NCBI RefSeq assembly: GCF_009914755.1
Contig: NC_060925.1
Length of the DNA stretch: 64,000 nucleotides
Reading direction: 5' to 3' (one strand)
Source: the human T2T-CHM13v2.0 reference genome, Homo sapiens
Of this stretch, positions 1 through 13,209 are shown piece by piece. The notes beneath the pieces are model-generated. The model had not been told where the DNA came from. It saw only the letters and a program-made list of their open reading frames with translations, and made no database searches. Positions within the stretch are counted from its first letter, which is position 1. Each line of letters opens with the position of its first letter. A program made the position numbers and the translations under genes.

Positions 1-103
1 ATGGCGTGAACCCAGGAGGTGGAGCTTGCAGTGAGCCGAGATTGCGCCACTGCACTCCAGCCTGGGCAACAGACAGAGATTCCGTCTCAAAAAAACAAAA
101 AAA
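1..103 (+). mobile_element. AluY right-arm 3' end with A-tail (cut by window edge)
   Basis: ATGGCGTGAACCC...GGAGCTTGCAGTGAGCCGAG carries AluY-diagnostic positions; ends in TCCGTCTC plus A-rich tail. Confidence 0.9.
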
Positions 104-3100
104 CAGAGTAAGACCCCTGTCTCTAAAAAACAACAGAGCAAGACCCTCCTGTCTCTAAAAACAACAACCCCTACTGTCTCTCTTCCATATGCTCCTTGAA
201 GATCAAAATACCAGTTCTCTGGGTGCTGGGAACCAGCTGCCAGTGGCTGTCACCCAGCCTTGTATTTGCTTTCACCTTTCTTCTCTGCCCTTGCTCATCC
301 CCCCTTTGATGCCACAGTTATTTCCAAAGTGTCAAGAAGATGGTACCTCCCTGCCCCAAGCCAGTTTATTGAAATGTTCTAAGCTACTCGGCTGCATGTC
401 TAGGAGACAAGACTCATGCTGCTCCCTTTCCTGCTTCACTCTGCCCAGCCACACCGCACCCCCAGCCCCATCCCAAAACCTGTTATGGGCAGTTATGGAA
501 GGCTGGGGGCCTTCTACGTGAGCTCAGCTCCCACCACAGGCAGAAGATAGAAGAGATGGCTCCGTGGACAAGGGAGAGAAATCACAAATCAGGGGGCCAG
601 GTCCAGGTTTCTTCCCTTCCAGCTCAGGTGCTGTCCTTCCCCCATTTTCTCACTGTAGTGTCTCCCAGCCCCTGCTCTGGGCCTGGGTGGTCCCTTATTC
701 CTATGAGAGGAGATAGGAAGGCCTAAGATGGCAGACTGAGGGCAGGAGGACAAGGTGTACTTCAGTCAGGGTAACGGGTTCAAGCTCATGTGTGTGCACG
801 CACGTGTGTGTGCATGAGAGAAAACATGGATACTATACAGGGGAACTTCATCCTGACCTCCCACCCTAGCTTGGTTCATCTTTAAACTGGTTGTTTTACT
901 TTAGGGAATTCCATCTGTCTGCTGAAAAATGAAGACAACCAGAGTAGATAGCATAACTCTGCCAGTGATTCAAATACTGAAGCTCTTCCATGTTGGTGGG
1001 TGAAAAGCTGCTCCCCCAAGTCCCTCGAGTGTCCCTGCCCCATCTCTGGGCCAGGGTCTGAGACCTCCTCACATCTCCATGACCCAGAGACAAAAGAGTT
1101 AATGCCTGGCACCACAGGGCCCTCCAAGACTCCAGGCCAGCATCCTTTCTGGTTGATGAATTATTGAATATCATTCCCGGGTACAGCCGGTCCTTAACTG
1201 TCTCAACACTGAAGTGTCTTCCAATTGTGGGGAACTGCGATTCTACCACCCAGAAGCTGCCATGGGCAGGCTGGGAGACACTTTCTCCTTCACCCTGACC
1301 CAAATTGGAGAACTGGGGCAATCCAGCTCCCTGGAGCTCCTCCTTGTGCTGTGTGCTCTTGTTCCCTTCTAAAGAGAGGGGGAATTCAAAGGAGAACCAG
1401 CTGCCTACAGCTCTGGGTTTTCCTCCTCTCAGCCTTTCCTCAGTAGCTAAGCCAGACAGAAGCAGAGAAAAAAGGCCCCAGCCCCCTCGCCTCCAAGTTG
1501 CCTTCTCCTGACAGCCAGCAATGTGGAACGGATCCCAAGGGGTAACAGGGCAGGGCAATAATTAATTATGCCCCCCCACCGCCCCGCCGCCTTCCAGCTC
1601 TGAGTTGAATCTCAAACCCCTGCCCTTCAGTGGCTGAGGCAGCCCAGCTGTCCGCCGCCGGGTCTATGGAAGGTCATTGAAACCATGTCTCTGCATCCCT
1701 AACTCAGCAGATCTGCTTCTGGTGTCCTACGGAGAGCAGCGACCCCACCCTGCCCCACCCAACGAAAGGAATTTTACAAAGTGGGTGTTTGGAGAGTTAT
1801 GAAGCTGGCTGATCTCTCTCCTTCCCCATCCTCAAAAGCTACCAGTGCCTTCTTGGTTCCCAATCCAGCAATTTGAGAATCAAGCTGTCTGGTATCTTAG
1901 TTTTCTCATTTTAACAGTAAAACAATGGTATTGAGTGATGCCTTGTTCAGCAGACAACACAAATCTCCCACTGGACCAGAGAGCAGAGGAAGAAAGGTTA
2001 TGATGCTCTGAAGGCATGTGGAATGAAGAGAAAAATAAAACGCATGCAATCTCTGGTCCTTACACTGGGAGGGAGGCAAGGAAGGCCCATTTTAGAATCA
2101 GGGAAGCTGAGGTGCATTGTCCCAGCTATAGTGACAGGAGAGGTCAGAAAAATTTGAGTCTTGGGCTCCCTTCTTTCTGTTCCTGCGATGCACCCAATCT
2201 GAGCTCCCTGCCCCTAGGAAAGCAGGAGAGAGCTTCATGGTTCAGGGGGAGATGCCAGCTTTTCAAGGTCTGCTCCAAGAACACAGTAATGAAAGCCACA
2301 AACTCTTTCACTGGTAATATCTGTGGGCTACAGGTCTGGGGACTGTGTGTGATGTGGGCTGGGGGCTACCCACAAACTTTAGTCTGACAACAGCTGCCTG
2401 GATGTAGGGGCATGGAAGGGCAGCCACACAAACACTGTCCACAGCCTGGCCTTTATTGCTGTGCCCCTGCCCAGCACCTCACACACAGGGGAACTGAATA
2501 ACTGTTTGAGTTTGATGGAGCAGCTGTAGGGCAGGCCAGCAGGCTCACCACTGCCTGGAGGAGGGGGCACGTGCTGTTCCAGTTGGGATGCTGAATAGCG
2601 GCTGAAGGAGACAGGAGCTCAGCCTCAAATCCCTCTCGCCGGGATCAGTGTGCACAGTGCATCTGCTTCATGCCCCCTCCTGTCCCTCCCCTCCCTACTG
2701 GCCAGCCAGACTCTGATAAGAGTCTACAAAGCAGAAGCTTTGCCCTGGGAAGAGGAAAGCAGTAAACCAGCCAGAGCTGGAGAGCAGGAGCCTCCTGGCT
2801 GGAGGGTAGCACAGCAAGGGTTGAGGGGCAACAGCAGGCTCTAATGTAGTGCTGCTCCTCACCTGCCCAGGGAGACCCATTCTGCCTCCGGCCCCCAAGG
2901 AGGGCTCAGCTGATGTTCTCTCTCAGACTGGGAGTAATAGGGTAAGCTGGAGCCAGGTGGATTGTGGGAAATTATGAACACCTCCTTTTGCCAGGAGCAA
3001 GGAATCTGGAACTTCCCCTGTACTTGGGGAGCTTGCCAAGGACTCTGAGGGCAAAGCGATATCCCTGCACTGCTGCCTGCTGGTGGGGGATCCAAAGGGA

Positions 3101-3319
3101 GCCTAGGAACAAGGGCCACCCAAGGAACCAGCCAGAAAATGACTGTGCCTAGGAGAGCACTTGCTGCAGACTGAGACGATCCTTTGTGAGCTCCCCTGAC
3201 GCCCCCGAGAGGAAGAGGGAGATCTGGAAAGGGACTGGAGAGTTGTGAAAAAAGCTGGCACATGATGGCAAGGAATGGACAGCGTGTGGATTGTCCTTAA
3301 GGAAAAGGGTAAGGCCAGT

Positions 3320-3480
3320 GGTCTCAGAGTCAGGAGTCTTGGTAACTGACCACTACTGAGTCACTGTCCCTTTCTGGGTCTCAGTTTCCCCACCTGCAAC
3401 ATGTAACGATACTGGAGTTGCTGGGAGGACTAAATATTTAAAACCTCTAGAAGAATGCCTGGCACATTGAGTTGTTTAGT
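3320..3480 (+). mobile_element. MIR
   Basis: Core GTCTCAGTTTCCCCACCTG and 3' ATGCCTGGCACA. Confidence 0.65.
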
Positions 3481-3550
3481 AGTGGCTAATGTTATAATCA
3501 TTAATAAAATAAGGGAATACAATAAATAGCACTATCCTAAATTTGCACCA

Positions 3551-3737
3551 AGTTGATAGCCACTAGCCGTATTCTATCTTGAATAATTAAAATTAAATAA
3601 AATTAAAATTTCAGTTCCTAGTTACACTAGCCACATTTCACTGTGTCTCAAGAGCCACAGTAGCTAGTGGTTACCATACGGGACAGAATAGTCACAGGAC
3701 ATTCCATCATTGTAGAACATTCTATTGGACAGCACTA
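3551..3737 (-). mobile_element. MER3 (hAT-Charlie non-autonomous DNA transposon)
   Basis: Reverse complement matches MER3 start CAGCGCTGTCCAATAGAA and internal GTAGCCACTAGC / AAATGTGGCTAGTG motifs. Confidence 0.8.
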
Positions 3738-3976
3738 GGCTAGATGTTCTCTAAGCCACCTTCCAGTTCTAATAGTTTTGAATTCTATGAAATGCAATTC
3801 TAAGCCAGTGTATCCTTCCACCAGCTGATGAGCTCAGTGTCTTCAGTAAATACAAGTTCCCTCATAGACCTAAACTAAGCTAAAAAGAAAGGAAAATCTG
3901 CTGTCAACAACAAAAAGTTAAAAATCAGAAATGATATACTCCAAAGTTCACTCAGAATTAATCTGGACAATCCATT

Positions 3977-4254
3977 GTTTTCGTTTTTTTGGGTTTTTTG
4001 TTGTTTTTGTTGTTGTTGTTGGTTTTTTTTTGGTTGTTTTTGTTTTTGTTTTTTTTGAGACACGTTCTTGTTCTGTATCCCAGGCTGGAGTTCAGTAGTG
4101 CGATTTTGGCTCACCGCAGGCTCCGCTCCCTGAGCTCAAGCAATTCTCCCACCTCAGCCTCCCCAGTAGCTGGAACGTCAGGCACGGGCCACCACGTTTG
4201 GCTAATTTGTTGTATTTTTAGTAGAGACATGGTCTCGCCGTGTTGGCCAGGCTC
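3977..4254 (-). mobile_element. 5'-truncated old Alu (AluJ-like) with GTT/GTTTTT microsatellite tail
   Basis: Antisense right arm, linker and part of left arm; GCTCAAGCAATTCTCCCACC. Confidence 0.9.
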
Positions 4255-5146
4255 ATTATTTTTAAATCACATGCATTAAGACTCCTCTGCACAGTTTGAA
4301 AGTATCATTACTAACAGCACTGGCCTGGTAGGAAACACTGGAAAAGGTCATCCAGCAGCTTAAGGAGGCTGGGAGAGAAGAGTTGGAGAAGGAAGAAGAG
4401 TTGGGGAGGAGGCTGGAGACACAGAGGACCTGTTCCTCCCTCCTGCTTTCCTTTTCCTTCCTGGATTGGCCAACCTCTAGCTGACGCTTGGGGGAGGAGG
4501 AGGAAAGGGAGGTCTTCTGTGGGGCCATTTGGTCCAGAGCAGGAGAAGCTGGCATGGAGGAGGACAGGGTAGAGGAAGTACCACCAAGGACAGCAGGCTT
4601 AGGATTCTTCCTTCCCTGCACCTCCCCTTCCCCACCCAGCACTCATCCAGACCTGGATCCTATGGAAATCACAGGTAAACAACCTGTTGCTAAGCAGACA
4701 TCACAAGAAGCAGGTGCCAGAGAGCATCCACTGATAACCGGGGCTTACAGAGGGGAGGGAAGACAATCTCAGAGGAACGGAAGAGGTGCTCCTAGGCCTA
4801 GACCTAGCCTAGAGAACCTGCTGGCTATAGCCCAGATAAGGAAAAGAGAGGGCCTGAGAAGGAAGGCAGGGAGGCAGTCAGACAAGGGACACTGCTGTTC
4901 CCACCCCTGTCCTGCCACGCAGCAGCCGTGAAGAAAGACTGGGCATGGAGGCTGTGACAAGGAGGAATAGAGTACTCTGGGAGGGGAACAGAGAGGAGGA
5001 AAGGGAAAGGGATGCAGCACAGGTGCCAGCCGGGACAGAAGCCGGCCTCCATAAGTGACACCTGAGTAACAGGTGAGCCTGCCTACACCTGTTGGAGTAT
5101 ATGAGCAACTATTCTGCACCTGCAACTTCTGGCTGGGCCAGGAAAT

Positions 5147-5273
5147 AAGACCAGCTGCACAATTTGCGGGCCCCTTGTGCAAAACTTAAGGATTTCAAGA
5201 CAGCAATAGCAGAGCATTAAACCAAGCATGTGGGGCAACTGCACAGTTTGCATCCCCCATGAAGCCCCCCTGC
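5147..5273 (-). mobile_element. MER45A (hAT-Tip100) with internal deletions
   Basis: ATTTCAAGACAGCAATAGCAGAGCATTAAACCAAGC is the reverse complement of the MER45A core; both terminal segments present. Confidence 0.75.
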
Positions 5274-6667
5274 CCTGCCTGGAAATAACAATCCCAGTAT
5301 ACTTCTCCTGGGAGTGTAGGGATGGAGGTTGGCTAGTCACATTTGTGGCTGACTCTCAATATGAGGCAGAACACAACAAGTATCCCCGTTCCTCTCCTAT
5401 ACTCTACTTCCCCTTCTTTCTTGGCCTCAAATGCCCAGAAACTTGGCTGCTTCTGCTCTCGCCCTGCTGGGTCTAGTGGCTGGCACCTTCCCCCTATTGT
5501 GCCTGGTTTCTGTTTGCCCATGGGCAGCCCAGCCAGAGGAAGCACCACAGCTGAAAGCCACAAGGGGGTTGGGTTTACCTTATCGCTCGAATCTGCTTTC
5601 TAAACTGGCACAGGGAGCACCCTGTTCCCACCTAATAGGCTCTCCAGAGCCCCGAGTTCCTCCCTAGGTTCAACCTAGCATCACTATGTCATCGAATCTC
5701 TTTCCTCCCAAGAAAGAGGCAAGGGAACAAAAGGGCTCCTAGCTGGGGGCGGGAGGAGAGTAAAGTAAGCACTTCCTTTTTGGTGACAGTCTCCCTCTTT
5801 TTTTTTTTTTTTAAATCACGTGGGCATTCATGAGTACACACACAGAGAGATAGCATCAGCTGAGAAAAGCCAGTGCGTCCACCTCCTCCTCCAAGCCAAG
5901 GAATTCTTGTCCACACCCCCTCCACAAAACTGTCATTAGAAGGTGCCAGGGTCAAAGAGCACAAATGTTTTGGAGGTTGAAGGGATGAGGGACCTGAAGG
6001 GGAAGTTGAGGGAATGGGGGCAACAGAAATCTAAATGCAAAAGGTTGGTTCTCTTTCTCCCTGGATTTCAGTTTTGTTCTCAACTGACAACCTTGTCTTC
6101 TTAATGAGTGAAGAGTTCTCCCCGCAACTCTCTGCACCCACCCCCGCCAGGTTCTGTCTTACCCTACATCTCACCACACCTGACTCTGCTAAGTAAAAGG
6201 ATAAAACCAGGAGCACAGCCATGCCAGTCTCCTGTGGCTCTGTCCCCTCCACCTTCCTCCCGTGGCCCCATCCAGGAAATCGGCCCACAAGAGAGGCCGA
6301 CGCTGCTTCTGACCAGAGCTACCGAGCGCCTCTCTGGAGACAATGGCTCAGAGAGAAGGAGGAAGACTAGCAGCTCCAGCTTTGTGCTCAGGGTGGCCAC
6401 ACAAAACCATTGTCTTGACATCAGGACAGACAATGGTTTGTATCTCTGGCTTCTGCGCTGAGCAGTTCACTCCCTTGGACTAAGATAATTTTAAAGATTT
6501 CCTTCTAATAAATAGTAATGATACTGGAATCTGGCCTCAAGCTGAGAATTTGTATCTGGTTGTAACAAAAGCCCACTCTGGCTGATAGAATGGGTATATC
6601 TAGGCTTCCTTTTCTGTTCCAGAGCCACCCAGACAAACATAGACCAGACAGATAACCACTTACTCAC

Positions 6668-6719
6668 CGGCTCTTCTTTGCTGTTCCCTCTGCTGCCTCT
6701 AGCCCTGACTCCTTTCACA
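6668..6719 (-). other. Candidate 52-nt internal exon
   Basis: Minus strand: ccttctccctactcctcag|TGTGAA...GAGCCG|gtgagtaagt; strong acceptor and donor, purine-rich body. Confidence 0.4.
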
Positions 6720-6959
6720 CTGAGGAGTAGGGAGAAGGTTTTCCTTTAATACTCACCAGGTCCCTGGTGGGTAGCAATCATTAACAGCCACACATGCTGG
6801 CTGGCCTTAACCCCTTCAGTGCTGGGTTGCCTCAGCCAGCCGGAGCTGGCTGATGGACAGCCCTGTCCCTTCTACTCTGCCCTGAGAAAGTAGCAACTCC
6901 CACCTTGATGCCATCCACCTGAGTAATGCTGCCGCCTCCCATGTGGAGAAGGAGAGCCC

Positions 6960-7090
6960 TCTAGTCCCACCCAGGCCGCCCCGCCTGATTGGAGCACACT
7001 TGCAACCTGAGGCGTTTGGCTCTGGCACGATGCCCAATTGGATGAGCCCACATTATGAAATATTTGCCTGGCGGGCCAATAGAGGAACTG
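6960..7090 (-). promoter_or_regulatory. Candidate promoter (NF-Y and Sp/KLF boxes)
   Basis: Minus CCAATCAG abutting GGCGGGGCGG (6976-6992); further CCAAT at 7034 and 7076; donor CTG|GTGAGT at 6757/6756. Confidence 0.45.
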
Positions 7091-8419
7091 GGATCTGGGG
7101 GAGGGATGATATTGTTATTTATTCCTGGAGGAAGGAGAGCAGACAAAGATAGTCACAGCATCCCTAGCCCTGGGATGGGAAGCAGTGGGAAGGTGGTCTT
7201 CAGATCCATGGAACTGCCTCTAACTGCTCTGTCCAGGTAGAGTGAACTAATTCTTGAAGCTTTCTAAGCAATTTGAGCCTGGCTGTTCAGCTAGAGGGTT
7301 TGTTTTTATTTTTATTTTTTTACCTTAATGTCTCTCTGCGCCACTCAGAAGTTTGGAGAGCAGCACTAGGAATTGTAATAGAGATTAAGAGGAGAAACAC
7401 ATTGTCAGTCAAGGAACTGCTTCATATCTGCATAAACTATGCAACCACAGTTACTGTTTATAGTTCAAAGTTGCAGAAATTATTTTAGTGTCTTTGGAGG
7501 ATACAGACGGAAGGTGAGCAAGAACAAGAAGAGATAAATTCCCTCTTTATCCTTTAAAAATAGGCAACTGATTTGGGGGAAATCTAAAAGTATCTACAAG
7601 CAGGACACATGCAAATCTATGCAGATGTGTGCAAATGAGCAGCGCCGGGCTTGTGAGAGTAAGTCCTTGCCAGGATTTTCCTCATTTGAGGAAGAAATTA
7701 GGTAGTCTCTAAACCCCATATCAGAGCATCTCACTAGAGCATAAGGAACTCAATAAGCCTATATTTATTGAGCATTTACTCCATATGAAACAGAGTGCCT
7801 TTAAGTACAGCCCAGTAGGATTTTTCTTTTTTACCATGATCATAAATGGGATATACAGAGAATACAAGTTCCCTCTCCCTACACACCCACAATTAATAGC
7901 CCCTTCTCCTTTCAGGCCCCAGAGGAGTGATTTGGCTACTCCTCCTCTTGCCAGCCCGGATTTAGTAGCTGGCACCTCCTCCTTATCACCCCTGGTTCCT
8001 GTTTGCCTATCAGTAGCCCAGCCACTGTGGCTCAGGACCCTGCTTTAAACCTGCCAGGGGGCCTTATCTTATCTCCTGGGCTGCCTTCCTAGCAGCCCGC
8101 GGGGTGGCTGGCTGGCCGGGTTCCTTAAAGGGGCTGCACTGCATTCCCACTTGCTCCATTCACCCTCAAGAGTACCCCAGAGATCTGGAGGTGTTCTACT
8201 TGTGTAGGGTCAGAATTTACTATACCACCCTTCCTTCCCATCCTTTACAGTCACAGCTACTGTAGAGCTGCTACTGAAATGATCTATGACTTAGAACAGA
8301 AAGATGCTCATGCTTTTAGAGCCATTGTAAATGTTTATCATGTCATGCAAATGCCCTGCCCCTTGATATTTTCAGGTTCCTGCTCTTTTAAATTCAATTT
8401 TCAAAGCAAGGGAGGAGAG

Positions 8420-10497
8420 GCTCAGGATACAAAGTCTATATAGAAAAATCAGTTGTATTTCTATATACTGGCAACAAACAATGAAAAAAGGAAATTTTAA
8501 AACACCATTTATAATAGCATAAAATTAAGGGATACATTTGACAAGGGATGTGCAAGACCTATACACTGAAAACTATAAAACATTGCTGAAAGAAGTGAAA
8601 TAAAATCCAAATAAAAGGAGAAAAATACTGTTTTCATGGATCAGGAGACTCAATATTGTTAAATTGTCAACTCTCCCCATATTTTTCTATGGATACAACA
8701 CAGTGCCAACCAAAACCCTAGCAGATCTTTGTAAAGTTGACAAGCTGATTCTAACATTCACATGGAAATTCAAAGGATCCAGAATACCCAAAAGCTTTGA
8801 AGAAGAATAGGTTTGGAGGATTTATACTACCTGACTTCAAGACTTATTATAAAGCTACAGTTATCAAGACAATGTAGTGTTGGCATAAAGACACATATAT
8901 AGATAAATGGAACAGAGTAGAGAGTTCAGAAATAAATCCACACATTTTGGTCAATTGGTTTTTGACAAAGGTATAAAGTCAATGCAAAGGAGAATGACAG
9001 GCTTTTCAATACATGGTGCTGTAAAACACATGAAAACAAACAAACAAACAACCTTGACCCTATCATTAAAAAATTAACTCAAAACGGACCATAGACATAA
9101 ATGAAAGAGCTAAAACTACAATGTTTCTAGAAGAAAACACAGGAGAAAATCTTAGTGACTTTGCATTTGGCAAAGATGTCTTTAAAATGACAAAAAATGC
9201 ACCATCAAGAAAAATCAATAAATTGAAATTTGTCAGAATTTAAGTTTGCTCTTCAAAAGACACTATTACAGGCCAGGCGCAGTGGCTCATGCCTGTAATC
9301 CCAGCACTTTCGGGTGCCAAGGTGGGGAGATCACTTGAGGTCAGGAGTTCGAGACCAGCCTGGCCAACATGGTGAAATCCCGTCACTACTAACAATACAA
9401 AAATTAGCCAGGCATGGTGGCGTGCACCTGTAATCCCAGCTACTCAGGAGGCTGAGTCAGAGAATCACTTGAACCCAGGAGGGGGAGGTTGCAGTGAGCC
9501 AAGATTGCATCACTGCATAGCAGCGTGGGTGACAGAGTGAGACCCTGTCTCAAAAAAAAAAAAAAAAAAGACATTGTTACGAAAATGAAAAAGTAAGCCA
9601 TAAACAGAGAGAAAATATTTGCAAACTATATAACGCACATAGGACTTTTATCTAGAACCTATGAAGAACTCTCACAACTTAGTATTAAGATAGCAAACAA
9701 CACCAAAGTTATACACATGTCAAATAAGGTACATGAAAAGAAAACATCATTAGCCATTAGAGAAATGCAAATTGAAACTACTATGAGCTATCTCTACCCA
9801 CACCCACTAGAATAGCTAAAATTAAAAGACTAACCATACCAAGTGCTGGCAAAAATGTAGAGGAACTGGAATGCTCATATACTGCTGGTGAGAATATAAA
9901 TGGTACATCCTGCTTTAGAAAACAGTTTCCCAGTTTCTTAAAGAGTTTAAACATCCATGCACCATACAACCCATTGACTTCACTCCTAGGCATTTACCCA
10001 AAAAAAAGGAAAGCATATGTCCACACAACGACTTGTAGACAGATGTTCACAGCAGCCTTATTTGTGACAGCCCCAAACTACAAACAACTCAAATGTCCAT
10101 GAAAACCTGGGTACAACGTATGTGTTACATGCATACAACAGAGTACTACTCAGCAATAAAAAGAAATGAATTATTGAAATATGCAGCATAATGGATGAAT
10201 CTTAAAATATTTATATGGAATAAAAGGAGCCAGGCTTTCTTGAAATAAAAGTATTCATTTATGATTCCATTATATAAAATTCTTAAAAATGCAAACTAAT
10301 CTATAGTGACAGAAAGCAGACGGGTGGTTGCCTGGGGCCAGGGTGGAGGGAGGGATTACAAAGAGGCAGGAAGAAACTGGGGAGTGATGGATATATGTTA
10401 ATTATCTCAATTGTGTTTATGGTTTCACAAAATGCACCTAATTTTACCCTTTAAATATATACAATTTATCATATACCTCAATAAATCTATAAAAAAG
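8420..10497 (+). mobile_element. Old L1 (L1MD-like): degraded ORF2 3' end and 3' UTR, split by an Alu
   Basis: ORF2 motifs (AAAATCAGTTGTATTTCTATATAC; TACTACCTGACTTCAAGACTTATTATAAAGCTACAG); 3' UTR AAATGCAAACTAATCTATAGTGACAGAAAGCAGA; ends CCTCAATAAA. Confidence 0.9.
9271..9569 (+). mobile_element. Full-length AluS (Sx/Sz-like) inserted in the L1
   Basis: Dimeric Alu with poly-A; degenerate TSD aaaagacactattac / aaaagacattgttac. Confidence 0.95.
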
Positions 10498-11008
10498 AAA
10501 AGCCTTCAATTGAGACATTAAAACAACGACTGCTATTATTGGGCACACCCATTCTGTTTCACATGGTGATGGAATGAGGGTGGGAATGGGTATGGTTTCC
10601 TACTGACCTGCTTTAGTCTGACAGAAATGCTGGTTACAGGCAGAGATGAACATGTGTCCTGAATCCGCCTTTACTCTTCTCATGGATTTAGATCAAATAA
10701 TGTAGCAGACCTGAATACGGTCTTCATCAAAATAAAGGATTATTTGTTCTATGACAGAAGGGAAAATATCAAATAAAATCCTTTACGGTTCACAAAGCAC
10801 TGTCATCATTATCTCATTTGGTTCTTTTATGGTCTTATGAGGTGGGCAGAAAAGTGTTAGTACCACCCTCATTTTACAAAACAAAATCCCTGAAGCTGGA
10901 AGTGTTGGCTGAGATAACCCACCTCATATACCTGAGGCAAGGCTAACCTCGGGGTCTGTTAACCTCAGTCCGAAGCTCTTTCCTCAGGGCCACAAGGAGC
11001 TGCCCCGA

Positions 11009-11208
11009 CCTGGCTGATGCCCACCTATGTCCCTCACCCGGGCACTATGTCCCTCACCCTGGCTGATACCCACCTGTGTCCCTCACCCTGGCTGACGCCC
11101 ACCTATGTCCCTCACCCTGGCTGATGCCCACCTGTGTCCCTCGCCCTGGCTGATGCCCCCCATTTCCCTCACCCTGGCTGACGCCTACCTGTGTCTCTTG
11201 CCCTGGCT
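11009..11208. repeat. 29-bp minisatellite, about 7 copies
   Basis: Unit CCCTGGCTGATGCCCACCT(A/G)TGTCCCTCA; second copy internally deleted. Confidence 0.95.
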
Positions 11209-11608
11209 TGGTCTTTGTGGTGCTCACCCAGCACTGGGTGGATGCTCCTGGAGCATGCCAGTGGCAGCACCTGAGAGGCTCCTGGGATGGATGGAAACAG
11301 GGTCAGGACAGGTCAACTAAGGGGAGCACTGCAAGACAGGGAAGACTGATAGAAATGAGGGATGCAAAGTCTAATTAGATCACACATTTGATGTGAAGAG
11401 GGGGAATAAAAAACAACCAAATGCCACTCCCAAGGCGGAAGTCTGGAGGTTGTGGAAGCAGCTGGAAGCTGTTAGTGTTAGAGAGCTCCCGGCCAGACAC
11501 ACGGCTGCGTTCCAGGCCTCTGTACCCCTCCCCTCCCGCCTCTTCTCTGTACCCTAACCTTCCTCCTCCTGGCATGGAGCCCCACCTCTCTCCCCCAACT
11601 TGTTCTGA

Positions 11609-12350
<742 letters not shown>

Positions 12351-12469
12351 TCAGGGATGAGGAAAGACGGGACAAGGCTCAGGAAGTCCCAGAGAGGATC
12401 CTGTGCTCTTTAAGAAAACTTCAATGCATGAACATGGAGAAAGGCTGAGGGACTTTCCAGACTGAGAGG

Positions 12470-12640
12470 AAACAGACATGATCCTGAATTGGATTCTAAT
12501 GACATTATTAGGACAACTGGTGAAATTTCAATATGGACTGTATATTAGATAATAGAATTGTATCGATGTTATTAAGTTTCCTGAGTCTGTTAATTGTACT
12601 GTGGTTATGCAAGAGAATGTCCTTGTTTTTAAAAGGAAAA
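12470..12640 (+). mobile_element. L1ME 3' UTR fragment
   Basis: GGACAACTGGTGAAATTT...TAATTGTACTGTGGTTATGCAAGAGAATGTCCTTGTT. Confidence 0.7.
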
Positions 12641-12954
12641 AGAGAAGATGAAGAAAGAGTGGCCAGAGCGTGACAGCTGCTTGACAGCTGCATTAAGCCA
12701 AACACCCTTCTCTCTCTCCAGCCTGTCTCTCCTCCAATTCCAGGCCATCCCAGGAGGATACGGAGGAAGTGGTGATGGCAGAAAATCTTGTCCAGAAGAT
12801 AGGGTACTGGAGGGCTGGTTGGACATTTCTTCTTGAAATAAGAATTAACCTTGAATTCCCAAATTACCCTTCACCCTCCCAGGAAAACTTGACAACTAGC
12901 ACAGAAAGAAAAAGGAAATTAACACCTATCCAAGTCATGATGCTAGCGAATTCT

Positions 12955-13105
12955 CTGCTTAACCCCCAGAGATAGGTATTGCTGTCCTGCTGTTGCGGAG
13001 GAAGAACCTGAGAGGTCAGGTTATTAGCCCAAGGCTACACAGTTAGGAAGTGAGAGAACTGGGATTAGAGCCCAGGACACAGCCCAAAGCCAGCTTTCTT
13101 CCCAC
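12955..13105 (-). mobile_element. MIR
   Basis: GAGGAAGAACCTGAG...GCCCAAGGCTACACAGTTAGGAAGTG. Confidence 0.65.
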
Positions 13106-13209
13106 TTTATGTTAGTTGTGCAACTTGAAATTCCCTTCTCATGCATCATCCTACCAGCTAATCCTTTCGTTTATTTTTATTGAGTTGAATCCGCATTAGC
13201 CTTGAGATT

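Noticed and set aside
896-1558. 220-aa minus-strand ORF (longest in the track)
   Set aside because: Non-ATG start, no recognisable domain, and no convincing splice sites; a length like this can occur by chance in GC-rich DNA.
11009-11208. 29-bp repeat as a CRISPR-like array
   Set aside because: Units are contiguous with no unique spacers, the context is primate DNA and there are no cas genes.
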